Below, in pieces: positions 19,786 through 28,985 of a stretch of DNA of 64,000 nt. How positions within the stretch are numbered: the stretch's first letter is position 1; every line of letters starts with the position of its first letter. The DNA comes from Terriglobia bacterium (lineage in GTDB: Bacteria > Acidobacteriota > Terriglobia > 20CM-2-55-15): contig CBDHGK010000041.1 in NCBI GenBank assembly GCA_965263045.1, positions 1,909,514 through 1,973,513 on the forward strand, read 5' to 3'. The notes beneath the pieces were generated by a model. It ran no database searches, was not told the DNA's origin, and saw nothing but the letters and a program-made list of their open reading frames with translations. The translations under genes and the position numbers were made by a program.

Positions 19786-20049
19786 TCACTCAATACAGAT
19801 CTTGCAGGGTCGATATCCGGCGCCGAGGGCTTCGCCCAGGTCTCTGAATACGCGCGTCAGTTTTTTCGAATCGTAATATCTGCAGCCCGTCTGGTGCAGG
19901 GTCTTCGACCTGTGGCTCCCACGGTAGGGTCCGGGTCCCGGTTCTTCGGCCTTTTTTCTACCGGCTGATTTGTGAAGCAATACGCCGGCTCCCGCAGCAC
20001 CCGCCGCGGTCGCGACCAAACCGATCACAAGTTTCTTGGTCTTTCCCAT
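19786..20049 (-). CDS. Membrane-anchored Ada metal-binding-domain protein
   Basis: N-terminal TM; YRGSHRSKTLHQTGC...ALGAGYRPCKIC. Confidence 0.75.
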   Translation of the reverse strand: MGKTKKLVIGLVATAAGAAGAGVLLHKSAGRKKAEEPGPGPYRGSHRSKTLHQTGCRYYDSKKLTRVFRDLGEALGAGYRPCKICIE

Positions 20050-20395
20050 AGTGGGCTGATGTTATAGGAGGGGAGGAGAAGATCAAAGGGAAGGGCGGTT
20101 CCTGCACGCTGGGAGGGAGTTCGGAAGGCGCGGGCTGTGCGGGTAACGGAGCTGAATCGCTTGCTATGACTGGAGCGGATCATCGGCCGGTCCTGACGCG
20201 TCGACTCCGAAAGCCGCAAGATCGGACGGTAGCCGATGTGGCGCCATAGTGTCACAAATTATATCGTTGTGTGATATGACATGACGGCCTTTTCTATCTG
20301 AATTGGAGGGCGATGGTGATCCACAATAATCACCCCTATTGACAGTGTGGCCGCATCGTGTCTCCATTCCACGTCGATAGATCATAATCATCTCA

Positions 20396-21127
20396 ATGTT
20401 TTCATTTCCACTTGGCTTCTGGGAAGCCTTCACCGTGATCCTGATTGCCCTGGCCGCAGGCATGGTCCAGGCTGCGGCTGGATTCGGACTCGCATTGATT
20501 GCAGCCCCGCTCCTGCTTCTGGTGCACGGACCATTTGTGCCCGGACCCATGATGGCTGGAGGCATGCTGCTGACGGTTCTGATCCTCATCCGCGATCACT
20601 CGCACATCGATGTGTCCGGTCTGACGTTCGCCCTCGTCGGGCGAATCATTGGAACGGCCGGGGCCGCGGGATTTCTGCTGATCGCTACCGAAACACTGTT
20701 CGATCTGACCTTTGCCGCCCTGGTCATGTTCGCAGTCGTCTTGAGTGTTGCCGGCATCCAGCCTCAGCCGAACAGGAAGAATGCCGTTATCGCGGGCACG
20801 TTGTCCGGTCTGATGGGAACGATTTCTTCGATTGGGGGACCACCGATCGCCCTTCTATACCAGAATGCCAGTGCGTCCCGCCTGCGTGGAACGCTGGCCG
20901 GTTTCTTTCTCGTCGGATCGACGGTTTCCCTCGCCGTTCTGGTATGGGTCGGCCGCTTTGGAACCGAGGAAGTGATGCTGTCCCTGTTGTTGTCTCCGCC
21001 GGTGGCGTTGGGGTTCTGGCTCGGAGAGCCGCTGCGGACCCGAATGTCGGAAGGGGCCATTCGCCCACTCGTACTCGGTCTCTCGTTCGTATCCGGTATG
21101 ATCGTACTGCTGCGCGTGCTGCTGTAG
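20396..21127 (+). CDS. TauE/SafE-family (sulfite exporter-like) membrane protein
   Basis: AGMVQAAAGFGLALIAAPLL and SGLMGTISSIGGPP repeats; about 8 TM. Confidence 0.85.
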   Translation: MFSFPLGFWEAFTVILIALAAGMVQAAAGFGLALIAAPLLLLVHGPFVPGPMMAGGMLLTVLILIRDHSHIDVSGLTFALVGRIIGTAGAAGFLLIATETLFDLTFAALVMFAVVLSVAGIQPQPNRKNAVIAGTLSGLMGTISSIGGPPIALLYQNASASRLRGTLAGFFLVGSTVSLAVLVWVGRFGTEEVMLSLLLSPPVALGFWLGEPLRTRMSEGAIRPLVLGLSFVSGMIVLLRVLL

Positions 21128-21480
21128 TCGCCGCACTGAATTTCATGGGATGGGACTGTGGCGCAGTCTATGAAGCTGTGATTAATTCGGCCGCATATTG
21201 TCAGTACGGTTTATGACTGCACGCATCTGATGGATTGGGCGCTCAGCCATGGAAGGACCGGCCGAAGGACGCTGGGTCCCATGCTATGGAATGCACGCCC
21301 TACAGAAGGATGCTGGACCCCGGGGAGGAGCTAAAGATGCCAAGAGCAGGGACGACGATACTGGATTCCGGCGACGAGTTTCCGAAGCTTGAGATCCAGC
21401 GCGTCGGCGGGGGTACACTCACCCTGCCCGATGAACTCGGCGGAAGCTTTGGTGTGGTTCTGTTTTATCGCGGCCACTGG

Positions 21481-21509
21481 TGAGTGTACTGCCGTCAGCA
21501 ACTGACCGC
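21481..21509 (+). promoter_or_regulatory. Candidate bacterial SECIS hairpin after the in-frame UGA
   Basis: GC-C-GTCAG-CAA-CTGAC-C-GC stem-loop, apical loop about 15 nt after the UGA. Confidence 0.45.
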
Positions 21510-21531
21510 TTTCTCCAAGGCCGGCAAGCTA

Positions 21532-22682
21532 GTGTAGTCCGTCACAGTTAATGTAACTTATTCAGCTTTCCTACGTCTGAGTATATATGAGGAGAGCACC
21601 GACGATTAAATTGGACATTCCTGTGCGGAAGGAACTGGAGCGACTGAGCCGAAGCCGCAGTGTGGCGGTCCGGTTGGCGGAACGATCTCGAATTGTCTTG
21701 CTGGCCGCCGGGGGTCTGGACAATCAGGAGATCGCTGCCAAGTTGGACATCACTCGTCAAAAGGCCGGACGTTGGCGCGATCGTTTCGTTGAAGATGGCC
21801 TCGGGGGAATCGAAAAGGACGCTTCCCGCAGTGGACGGATTCCCTCGATCGGCCGCCGGAAGCGGGCCCGGATCGTGAAGAAGACGGTCGAAGGGAAGCC
21901 TCCGAACGCCACGCACTGGAGCCGGTCCTTGATGGCCAGGGCAACCGGCGTCAGCGAGTCCACGGTAGGGAGAATCTGGCGGGCTCATGGCTTGAAGCCT
22001 CATCTGGCACGCACCTTCAAACTTTCCAACGACAAACAATTTGTCGAGAAGTTGGAGGATGTGGTCGGTTTGTATCTGAACCCTCCGGAAAACGCCATTG
22101 TTTTGTCCTGCGATGAGAAGAGCCAGATGCAGGCCCTGGACCGCACGCAACCCGGGTTACCTCTGAAGAAGGGGCGGTGCGGCACCCTCACCCACGACTA
22201 CAAACGCAACGGGACGACCACGATGTTCGCCGCGCTCAATACGCTGGACGGCTCGATTATCGGGACCTGTATGCCGAAGCATCGTCATCAGGAATGGATC
22301 CGGTTTCTCAATCAGATCAAACGTTCCGTGCCGAAAGACAAACAGATCCATATCATTTGCGACAACTACGCCACGCACAAACATCAGAAAGTCGTCAACT
22401 GGTTGAAGCGCAACACGCGCTTTCATGTGCACTTCACACCGACCAGTGCATCCTGGCTGAACATGGTCGAACGCTTCTTCCGGGATCTTTCCGAACAACG
22501 GCTTCGGCGCGGGGTTTTCCATTCGGTTCCTGAGCTAATCCAGGCCGTGGAGGAATATGTCGGGGGTCACAATCAGAACCCGAAGCCCTTCATTTGGACC
22601 GCAACGGCTTCCGATATTCTTGAAAAAGTTCAACGTGCCCGAAAGAAGCTCGATAAGTTACAGTCTGTTTGACGGGGGCCAC
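21532..22682 (+). mobile_element. IS630-family insertion sequence (1151 bp)
   Basis: Imperfect 29-bp TIR GTGTAGTCCGTCACAGTTAATGTAACTTA / GTGGCCCCCGTCAAACAGACTGTAACTTA; TA duplication in a CTAG target (21530-21531, 22683-22684). Confidence 0.92.
21587..22672 (+). CDS. IS630-family transposase
   Basis: 361 aa; N-terminal HTH, SCDEKSQMQAL, THDYKRNGT, CDNYATHK, SWLNMVERFF. Confidence 0.95.
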   Translation: MRRAPTIKLDIPVRKELERLSRSRSVAVRLAERSRIVLLAAGGLDNQEIAAKLDITRQKAGRWRDRFVEDGLGGIEKDASRSGRIPSIGRRKRARIVKKTVEGKPPNATHWSRSLMARATGVSESTVGRIWRAHGLKPHLARTFKLSNDKQFVEKLEDVVGLYLNPPENAIVLSCDEKSQMQALDRTQPGLPLKKGRCGTLTHDYKRNGTTTMFAALNTLDGSIIGTCMPKHRHQEWIRFLNQIKRSVPKDKQIHIICDNYATHKHQKVVNWLKRNTRFHVHFTPTSASWLNMVERFFRDLSEQRLRRGVFHSVPELIQAVEEYVGGHNQNPKPFIWTATASDILEKVQRARKKLDKLQSV

Positions 22683-23323
22683 TAGCTGAAGAAGGCGTCA
22701 AAGTTGTGGCCGCTTCCGTAGATACGGAGGAAAACGCGCGCAAGACGATTGACGAATGTGGGCTCAATTTTCCGATGGGATTCGGTCTCGATATGAAGTC
22801 GGTATCGGCTCTGACCGGATGCTTCTACGAAGATCGCCGCGAGATTCTTCATAGCACGGGGTGGGTCCTCCGGCCTGACGGCCGGATCATGGTGGGTGTT
22901 TACAGCTCGGGCCCGATTGGTCGGCTCGTGTGGCAGGATGTGGTTGGCTTAGTCCAATTCGCCCGGTCGCAGGGCTAGGCAACTGCAGTCCCCATCTCGT
23001 CCAGAGATTCATAATGGGACCGTTGGGCCGATCGTCATTGATTAGTCAGCGGTTGAATCGGCCAAGGCCGCTTTGATATAAGGCTGAAGGACCGCATAGT
23101 AGCGGAGATGGCCGGCATCTTCCGGGGCCTGATCCCTAAAGACAAGGAATGCTGGTACTCTGTGACCCTAAAGTCGATTCCGAACATACCGCTACCGAAA
23201 GGCACTGCGGAGTCGAATCCGCAGTAAAGCAAGCAGCCCGTGGCAGGATTTTCGAGGGCCTCCGAAGGGGAAGGTATGCGCGGTCAGTGCCGTCGAGGAT
23301 GAGTTCCAGACGATGAGTTCCAT

Positions 23324-24286
23324 ATGAAACGCAGCAACAAGCTCAATCTCTTCCAGTTGAAGAAAATGAAGCGGAACGGGACGCCCGTTGTCTGGATCAC
23401 GGCTTACGACTACCCCCTCGCCCATGTATCCGAGGAGGCCGGCGTCGACATGATTCTCGTCGGCGATTCTGGCGGCATGGTGCAACTAGGCCACGAAACA
23501 ACGAATCCGGTGACGATGGATGAGATGATGATTCTCGCGAAGGCGGCCCGGCGTGGGGCTCCGGAGACCTTTATCGTCGGTGACATGCCGCAGGGTTCCT
23601 ACGAGGTGTGTGACGAGGACGCCGCCCGAAACGCGCTGCGGTTTATCAAAGAGACCGGCTGTGACGCCGTCAAACTGGAAGGTGGCCGCCGCATGGCATC
23701 GCGTGTCCGGGCTGTTGCAGACGCGGGCATCATTGTCATCGGACACCTGGGCCTCACGCCTCAGAGCGCGACATCGTTCGGGGGCTATCGGGTCCAGGGT
23801 AAGACCCTGGAGAGTTTCGAAGCCACTATGGAAGACGCGTTCGCGTTGCAGGAAGCCGGCGCTGTGGCTATCCTGCTTGAAGCGATGCCCAGCGAGCCGG
23901 CCGGACAGGTGGCGCGGGCCGTTGAAATACCCGTCCTTGGAATCGGAGCCGGCAACAAGGTCGATGGCCAGCTCATGATTATTCATGATGTCCTGGGATT
24001 CTATCAGCCCTTTCGCCCGTCGTTTGCCAAGTGCTACATCCCGCAGGTCGCGTCCAGATTCCTCAGCCAACTGTCGAAGTGTGCCGATGTCCGCCTGATG
24101 GGCAGAGATGAACGCAAGGATGGCCTTCTGACGTTGACACAGCTTGCCGTCGAGGAATACGTGTCCGAAGTCCGCGCGGGAACTTTTCCAAGTTCTGAAT
24201 ACTGCTATCAAATCCAAGCTGACGACATGGACGGTCTCCGACGCTCGCAGTTCTGGCAGAAGCCCCGGAAAGCATCATCAGGTTGA
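23324..24286 (+). CDS. panB: 3-methyl-2-oxobutanoate hydroxymethyltransferase
   Basis: ITAYDY, ILVGDSGGMVQLG, VGDMPQGSYE, AVKLEGG, GHLGLTPQS, GIGAG..DGQ. Confidence 0.93.
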   Translation: MKRSNKLNLFQLKKMKRNGTPVVWITAYDYPLAHVSEEAGVDMILVGDSGGMVQLGHETTNPVTMDEMMILAKAARRGAPETFIVGDMPQGSYEVCDEDAARNALRFIKETGCDAVKLEGGRRMASRVRAVADAGIIVIGHLGLTPQSATSFGGYRVQGKTLESFEATMEDAFALQEAGAVAILLEAMPSEPAGQVARAVEIPVLGIGAGNKVDGQLMIIHDVLGFYQPFRPSFAKCYIPQVASRFLSQLSKCADVRLMGRDERKDGLLTLTQLAVEEYVSEVRAGTFPSSEYCYQIQADDMDGLRRSQFWQKPRKASSG

Positions 24287-24482
24287 CCGCATCCGGAGTC
24301 GACGCGGGCCCTTCTCCCAGATGCCTGGATGGTGGCTGAGGACCGGCTGTGGGGTTCGGCCAACAGGGTCGAAATCGATCGCAGTGGCCGCTCGACCCCG
24401 GTGGCCGCGGCCCACGAGACTTCTGCCACGGGCTGCTAGCCTGGGTTTCTCACCAGTTGAGCGGCCACGTTAGTTGGAGCCC

Positions 24483-24568
24483 GAGATATGGGACGGACAC
24501 CTAATTCTCTAGGTCGGCAGAGATCACGGTGTGTTGACATACCGAATTAGGTGTCCGTCCCAGATCTC
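24483..24568. repeat. REP/REPIN-like inverted repeat pair
   Basis: GAGATATGGGACGGACACCTAATTC (24483-24507) and its 24/25 reverse complement (24544-24568), 36-bp spacer, intergenic. Confidence 0.75.
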
Positions 24569-24764
24569 CCGCCCAGCAAGGCTTATTTGATGTGAGAAAC
24601 CCTGGCTCCCGAACTGGTGATCTATACCGGTTAGGGTGACTCGAATGTTTCCGTCGGGACGGGTTAACCATTTGAAGACCGGTTCCGTGCAACGGCCGGT
24701 CTGATCGATCGGTCAGGACTGTCCAGAGGAACCGACTGGGTTCCGGGAATAGACTTTCAGATTC

Positions 24765-25619
24765 ATGCCCCGTCGACTGCCGATCCCCGATGCCATTGAA
24801 GACTACCGCGACGTCCGATGGCTGCGGACCGAAATGGCGTCTGTGAATACGGCCCAAGAGGCGGAGCGCTTTATTGAAGACATTGGATTTGCGGGCTGTC
24901 TGACAGACGCGCGGCGGCCCGGTCCATCGCTGTACATTGCAGTTTGCGGAAGGCGTGACGCCATCATGCCGCCTAACGTCCAGAAAGATCCGGAGAGTGC
25001 CCTCACATGGCAGCTGAAGGATGCGGTGATGAAGCGTGGGCGCGTTTACTACGCCAAGCTTTCCCGGGGTAAAACCATGTTTCTGGCTCCGCGGATGATC
25101 CCCTATTTCAAGGCCCTCTGGGGAATTCCACCGCGTCAGGAGGGCATGCGTTTGAGCCCTTCGGCCCGATCCATCCTCGGGGTGTTGCGCCGGGAGTGGG
25201 AAATGGCGACAGCCGATCTGCGTTCTGAATCGGGTGTGACGGATCGGAAAACGTTCACACGGGCCATGGATGAGCTCCAGGCGGCGATGCTCGTCGTCCC
25301 CAGTGAAGCCATCTATCATCCGAAGTTCACCTACCTGTGGGAGTTGGCCACGGAGCGATTTCCCGACGAGCTCGCTGCGAGGAAAAAGCAGTTAACGGCG
25401 GTACGGGAAGTCGCGCGATGCTATCTCGACGGCGCGGGTCTCACCCTGCACGGCGAACTGGCGCGCGTCACCGGTTTGTCACGGGTCGAAGCCGGAATCG
25501 GGAACCAGGTCCTGGTCAGGGAAGGGTTCGCGCAGGCGATTGCACCTGGAACGTATCGCCTGAGCCGTCTGAGTGAGAGTCGGTTGTCTGCGGGTGCAAC
25601 GGGCAGATCTCCGAAATAA
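24765..25619 (+). CDS. Winged-helix protein, AlkZ/crosslink-repair glycosylase-related
   Basis: 284 aa; [30 protein letters not shown], tandem wHTH-like segments; family recalled, not verified. Confidence 0.55.
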   Translation: MPRRLPIPDAIEDYRDVRWLRTEMASVNTAQEAERFIEDIGFAGCLTDARRPGPSLYIAVCGRRDAIMPPNVQKDPESALTWQLKDAVMKRGRVYYAKLSRGKTMFLAPRMIPYFKALWGIPPRQEGMRLSPSARSILGVLRREWEMATADLRSESGVTDRKTFTRAMDELQAAMLVVPSEAIYHPKFTYLWELATERFPDELAARKKQLTAVREVARCYLDGAGLTLHGELARVTGLSRVEAGIGNQVLVREGFAQAIAPGTYRLSRLSESRLSAGATGRSPK

Positions 25620-25654
25620 GTCCGACCGGACGCTCCGGAGACGGTTTCGTGCGC

Positions 25655-26590
25655 TTAATGCCTGCGGATAAACTCAAGTACAGCCCGGTTAAATGTCTCC
25701 GGCTGTTCCCAGTAAGTGGAGTGTCCCGCATTGGGCACGATCAGGCCTTCGGAATTTCTGATTCGCGCCGTGTAGTATCGCTGCAGGGGCGGTGGCGCGG
25801 ACAAGTCCGCACCTCCTGTGATCAGCAGGGTTGGAGTCTCGATCCCCTCGAGAAGCGAGAACGTCAGGTGGTTTCGCAGCGGCTGTGTTTCCAGCAGCGG
25901 CCCCGCAGGACGGCTCCTGCTTTGAAGCTCGATCCAGCGGCGCGTGCCCTCCGGGTTGGCGGCCCGGTACAACGGCCCCAGCTCGCGGAACCAGACCGGC
26001 AAGTCCGGGTACTGGGAAGGTCGCAGCGTGCTGACCAGATCCAGATACTCTTCATCCTCCACCCGACCGACGTTGTTGGCAATCACGAGGCTCCGCAACC
26101 TCTGGGGAAACGACACCGCATAGTCCATGGCGACCGAGCCGCCAGCCGCCGTTGCCACGAGGTGAAAACGACCCACGCCCAGGTGATCCAGGAGGCCCTC
26201 GAGGTCGTCGGCCGCAGTGCCGGGCTGCGGGCCCGACGGGTCCACGACCGACCGGCCCCATCCGCGCCGGTCATAGGCGATGAAGCGGTATCCGGCCGCC
26301 GTGAAGGCCGGAATTTGATGTTCCCAGACCTGGCTGCTGCCGGACCCTGCGTGCAGGAACACGGCCGGTACTCCGCCGCCACCGGAATCGCTGAACCAGA
26401 TGCGGACTCCGGGCAGCTCAGCGTAGCCCTCGCGGGCTGGGGCCGTTGGTTCGGCTGATGCTTGAGGCCGCGCATGCGCCGACGATTCAACGCCGGGCAA
26501 CACCCCGCTGCCAGTGATCACAAGAAGTGACGCGCTGATCAGCCATTGAAAGCACCAGCGAATCCTGTCCGTGCTGCGCAGTCGGGCCAT
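25655..26590 (-). CDS. Exported alpha/beta-fold hydrolase-like protein
   Basis: VFLHAG, YDRRGWGRS, PTLLITGGAD, NAGHSTYWEQP; nucleophile elbow reads ATAAGG. Confidence 0.85.
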   Translation of the reverse strand: MARLRSTDRIRWCFQWLISASLLVITGSGVLPGVESSAHARPQASAEPTAPAREGYAELPGVRIWFSDSGGGGVPAVFLHAGSGSSQVWEHQIPAFTAAGYRFIAYDRRGWGRSVVDPSGPQPGTAADDLEGLLDHLGVGRFHLVATAAGGSVAMDYAVSFPQRLRSLVIANNVGRVEDEEYLDLVSTLRPSQYPDLPVWFRELGPLYRAANPEGTRRWIELQSRSRPAGPLLETQPLRNHLTFSLLEGIETPTLLITGGADLSAPPPLQRYYTARIRNSEGLIVPNAGHSTYWEQPETFNRAVLEFIRRH

Positions 26591-26657
26591 CCGCCGAGAA
26601 TACTACGCGCATCCGCTTCACTCCATCCTTAAAAGAGATCTTTCGGCTGGACCGGCC

Positions 26658-27872
26658 TCACGCGGTCAGGCATCCGAGAGTCTGACGGCTCCACCCGACG
26701 GCATCCATGTAGCAGTCCCGGATCGGGCCCTGTGCCAATCCGTAGAATTGTACTTCGTCCCAGTCCGCACGCTCATAGGCCACAGTGCAGCGCAGGGCCT
26801 GACCAATAGTGCCAGACCGATCGATGATCCCGGCCTTGACGATTGCTGCGATCGGGAGATTCGACAGGGCATCTTCGATCGGGAGGTCGAGCAGCGCGTC
26901 CAGAACTGATAGCAATCCCGCCGAGAAGAATGATTCCTGTTGCGCTTCTTTCTTTCCCTCGGCCAGGCGCTCGCACATGCGTGCGCGGATCAGGGCCACG
27001 CTGATCAGCTCCCGTGGTTTGTTGTCGACCGCCGACAACAGGAGCACACTCGCCCAGTTGCGGAGTCGTTCGGCACCGACCATTCGTGCAGCGTGACCGA
27101 TTGACGCAACCTCACTGGCAAGGCCGACTGCAGCCGAATTCGCATAGAGAAGTAACTTGTAGCTGAGCGTGATGTCCTGCGAGATTGTCTGTTCCAGGTC
27201 AGATATTGTCAGTTCAGGATCCTGAAGTTTGGACACGATGCGGAGCATCGTCAAGCGACTTACCGAAAGATCTCCCGCCATTCTGGCCGGCTTATACAGG
27301 AACCGTCCCTTGTAGTAGTCGAAGCCGAGGCTCTTGGGGAACTCCAGGTCATCGTAGGTGTCCACGCTGTCGGCGAGGAGCTTCCCTGGAAACCGACTGA
27401 GCGCCTGGACTCGATCCCGTAGCTCGTCCGGCAGATATTTCGTCACGTCGATCCTGATCGCGAAGGCGTGCTGGGCGAGCGTGCCGAAGGCGTCGTTATC
27501 GGTGGGGTCGGAAAGAGCGATCCGGTAACCTTGACGCACCAGTGCCGAAATTTTGTCACCGTAACCATCCCAGCAGGGCTCGTCGGAAAGACATAGAACG
27601 ACACGCGACTTCGGCATGTGCTCGAACAGACCGTCTCTGAACTCCTGACTCGTCAGATGAACGAAGCCTGTGTGCTCTCCGACAATCTGATCCAGGCCGG
27701 AATCGGTAAACGTGCTGAGAATCGCGCGCGCCGCCTCCGACTTTGCCATTCCCGTCGTCGCCAGGTCTCGGTGAGCGCGCAACTCGTAGCCGGCAACTTC
27801 GAGTCCGGACTGGTGAATCGGTTGTCGGCTGAGGAGGAAATCCTGTTCCGTATGTATCATTGAGTCGCCCAT
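26658..27872 (-). CDS. EAL-HDOD domain protein (YuxH/CdgJ-like, degenerate EAL)
   Basis: LSRQPI..GYELR, LGFDYYKGRF, QDITLSYKLL.YANS, RARMCE, GLLSVLDALL, AYERADW. Confidence 0.85.
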   Translation of the reverse strand: MGDSMIHTEQDFLLSRQPIHQSGLEVAGYELRAHRDLATTGMAKSEAARAILSTFTDSGLDQIVGEHTGFVHLTSQEFRDGLFEHMPKSRVVLCLSDEPCWDGYGDKISALVRQGYRIALSDPTDNDAFGTLAQHAFAIRIDVTKYLPDELRDRVQALSRFPGKLLADSVDTYDDLEFPKSLGFDYYKGRFLYKPARMAGDLSVSRLTMLRIVSKLQDPELTISDLEQTISQDITLSYKLLLYANSAAVGLASEVASIGHAARMVGAERLRNWASVLLLSAVDNKPRELISVALIRARMCERLAEGKKEAQQESFFSAGLLSVLDALLDLPIEDALSNLPIAAIVKAGIIDRSGTIGQALRCTVAYERADWDEVQFYGLAQGPIRDCYMDAVGWSRQTLGCLTA

Positions 27873-28009
27873 TTGAATCGTGGTTTGTTCGGCCTGAGTC
27901 GTCCGGTTAATTCATTCATTTGTCGTTCCCGCACTTTAAGTCACGTTATCTCGTGAGGTTTCCGCCGCGTGCTGACCCCGCCAGGTCATTGAGACGCGTT
28001 ATAGTTTCG

Positions 28010-28026
28010 AGCAATCCTCGTGCCAA
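28010..28026 (-). promoter_or_regulatory. Sigma54 (-24/-12) promoter
   Basis: Minus strand TTGGCACGAGGATTGCT matches TGGCACG-N4-TTGC exactly, about 140 bp upstream of the EAL-HDOD gene. Confidence 0.75.
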
Positions 28027-28305
28027 TCTCGGAGGGGCTCTGCCGAACGCGAGCGCGTCTGCCGCAACGCGCGTCTGCCGCAGCGATAAAAATCTCCGGC
28101 GGCCCGGATGTATGGCTAAGACCGTTCGAGAACGGGTCGTGAATCAGAGCTTGTCATTTCGGCAAACCCATTGGATTTACTGCCGGATGGACAGGTGGCG
28201 CGGGGAAATCGAATTGGCCGCCCGCGTTCTGCAACGGACACCTTGAATCAAAGTGCTCTCACAGAACGGAGCGGCCTGTGACTGCAGCTCGTGACCGATT
28301 GCAGC

Positions 28306-28806
28306 TTAGCCCATGCTGCCTTCGTCGGCGGAAGGACCGTAGATGGACGGAACCGACACGTTGAGTTCACGCAGGTAGACTGAAAGCTGGCCCCGATGGT
28401 GGATCACGTGGTTGAGCACAAAGGTGCGGACCACGGCGATCTTGGGCAGCGTCATCAGGGTCTGATCGCCCTGCTTGAGGGACCAGTCTTTCATAAACGT
28501 CTCGTCGCTGCACCCGGCAATCGCCGCGCGTGCAGCAGCGACGTTCTTGTCGAAAAGCGCAAGAACTTCGGCCTTCGAACCGCCTTCAAAGGGTGTATAG
28601 CCGGCGGCGAGATCGAGATCATCATGGTCGATGCCGGCGCTGGCCCATGCGGGCATCTCGGCAACGTGAGACACAAGCCGACCGGCGGTCATGGACTTTT
28701 CATGGGGCTTCCAGCCGTACTGGTCTTCTGGAACGCGATCGATAACGATGCGCGATGTCGCCATTTCCTGATCGAATTCAGGTATGAGAGAGGCGCTGAT
28801 TGCCAT
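28306..28806 (-). CDS. DinB family protein
   Basis: WKPHEKSM..LVSHVAE; NHVIHHRGQLSVYLR..VPSIYGPSADE; AGGAGG RBS. Confidence 0.9.
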   Translation of the reverse strand: MAISASLIPEFDQEMATSRIVIDRVPEDQYGWKPHEKSMTAGRLVSHVAEMPAWASAGIDHDDLDLAAGYTPFEGGSKAEVLALFDKNVAAARAAIAGCSDETFMKDWSLKQGDQTLMTLPKIAVVRTFVLNHVIHHRGQLSVYLRELNVSVPSIYGPSADEGSMG

Positions 28807-28985
28807 TATTTTCCTCCTGTGGGTTAAAAGGTCGGCGAACATCTTACATCAGGTCATGTGGGAAAATCATGTGCAGGTGCCGGACCGCCCGGATGAACAG
28901 GTGAACGGTGATCCGATATCGTGTGGTAAAACAGGATCGTGTCATTGTTGATGTTATGATTACCGTTCGAATGGAGGAGTATGCG

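Larger units (their letters stand above)
21337..22978 (+). pseudogene. Peroxiredoxin-like (AhpC/TSA) selenoprotein interrupted by IS630
   Basis: LDSGDEFP..VVLFYRGHW-TGA-VYCRQQL continues in frame past TGA 21481-21483; rejoined across the IS: ..SKAGKL|AEEGVKVVAASVD..VYSSGPIGRL. Confidence 0.8.

Noticed and set aside
23035-23230. Possible small or frameshifted gene upstream of panB
   Set aside because: Only short open stretches without a clear start, RBS or recognisable motif.
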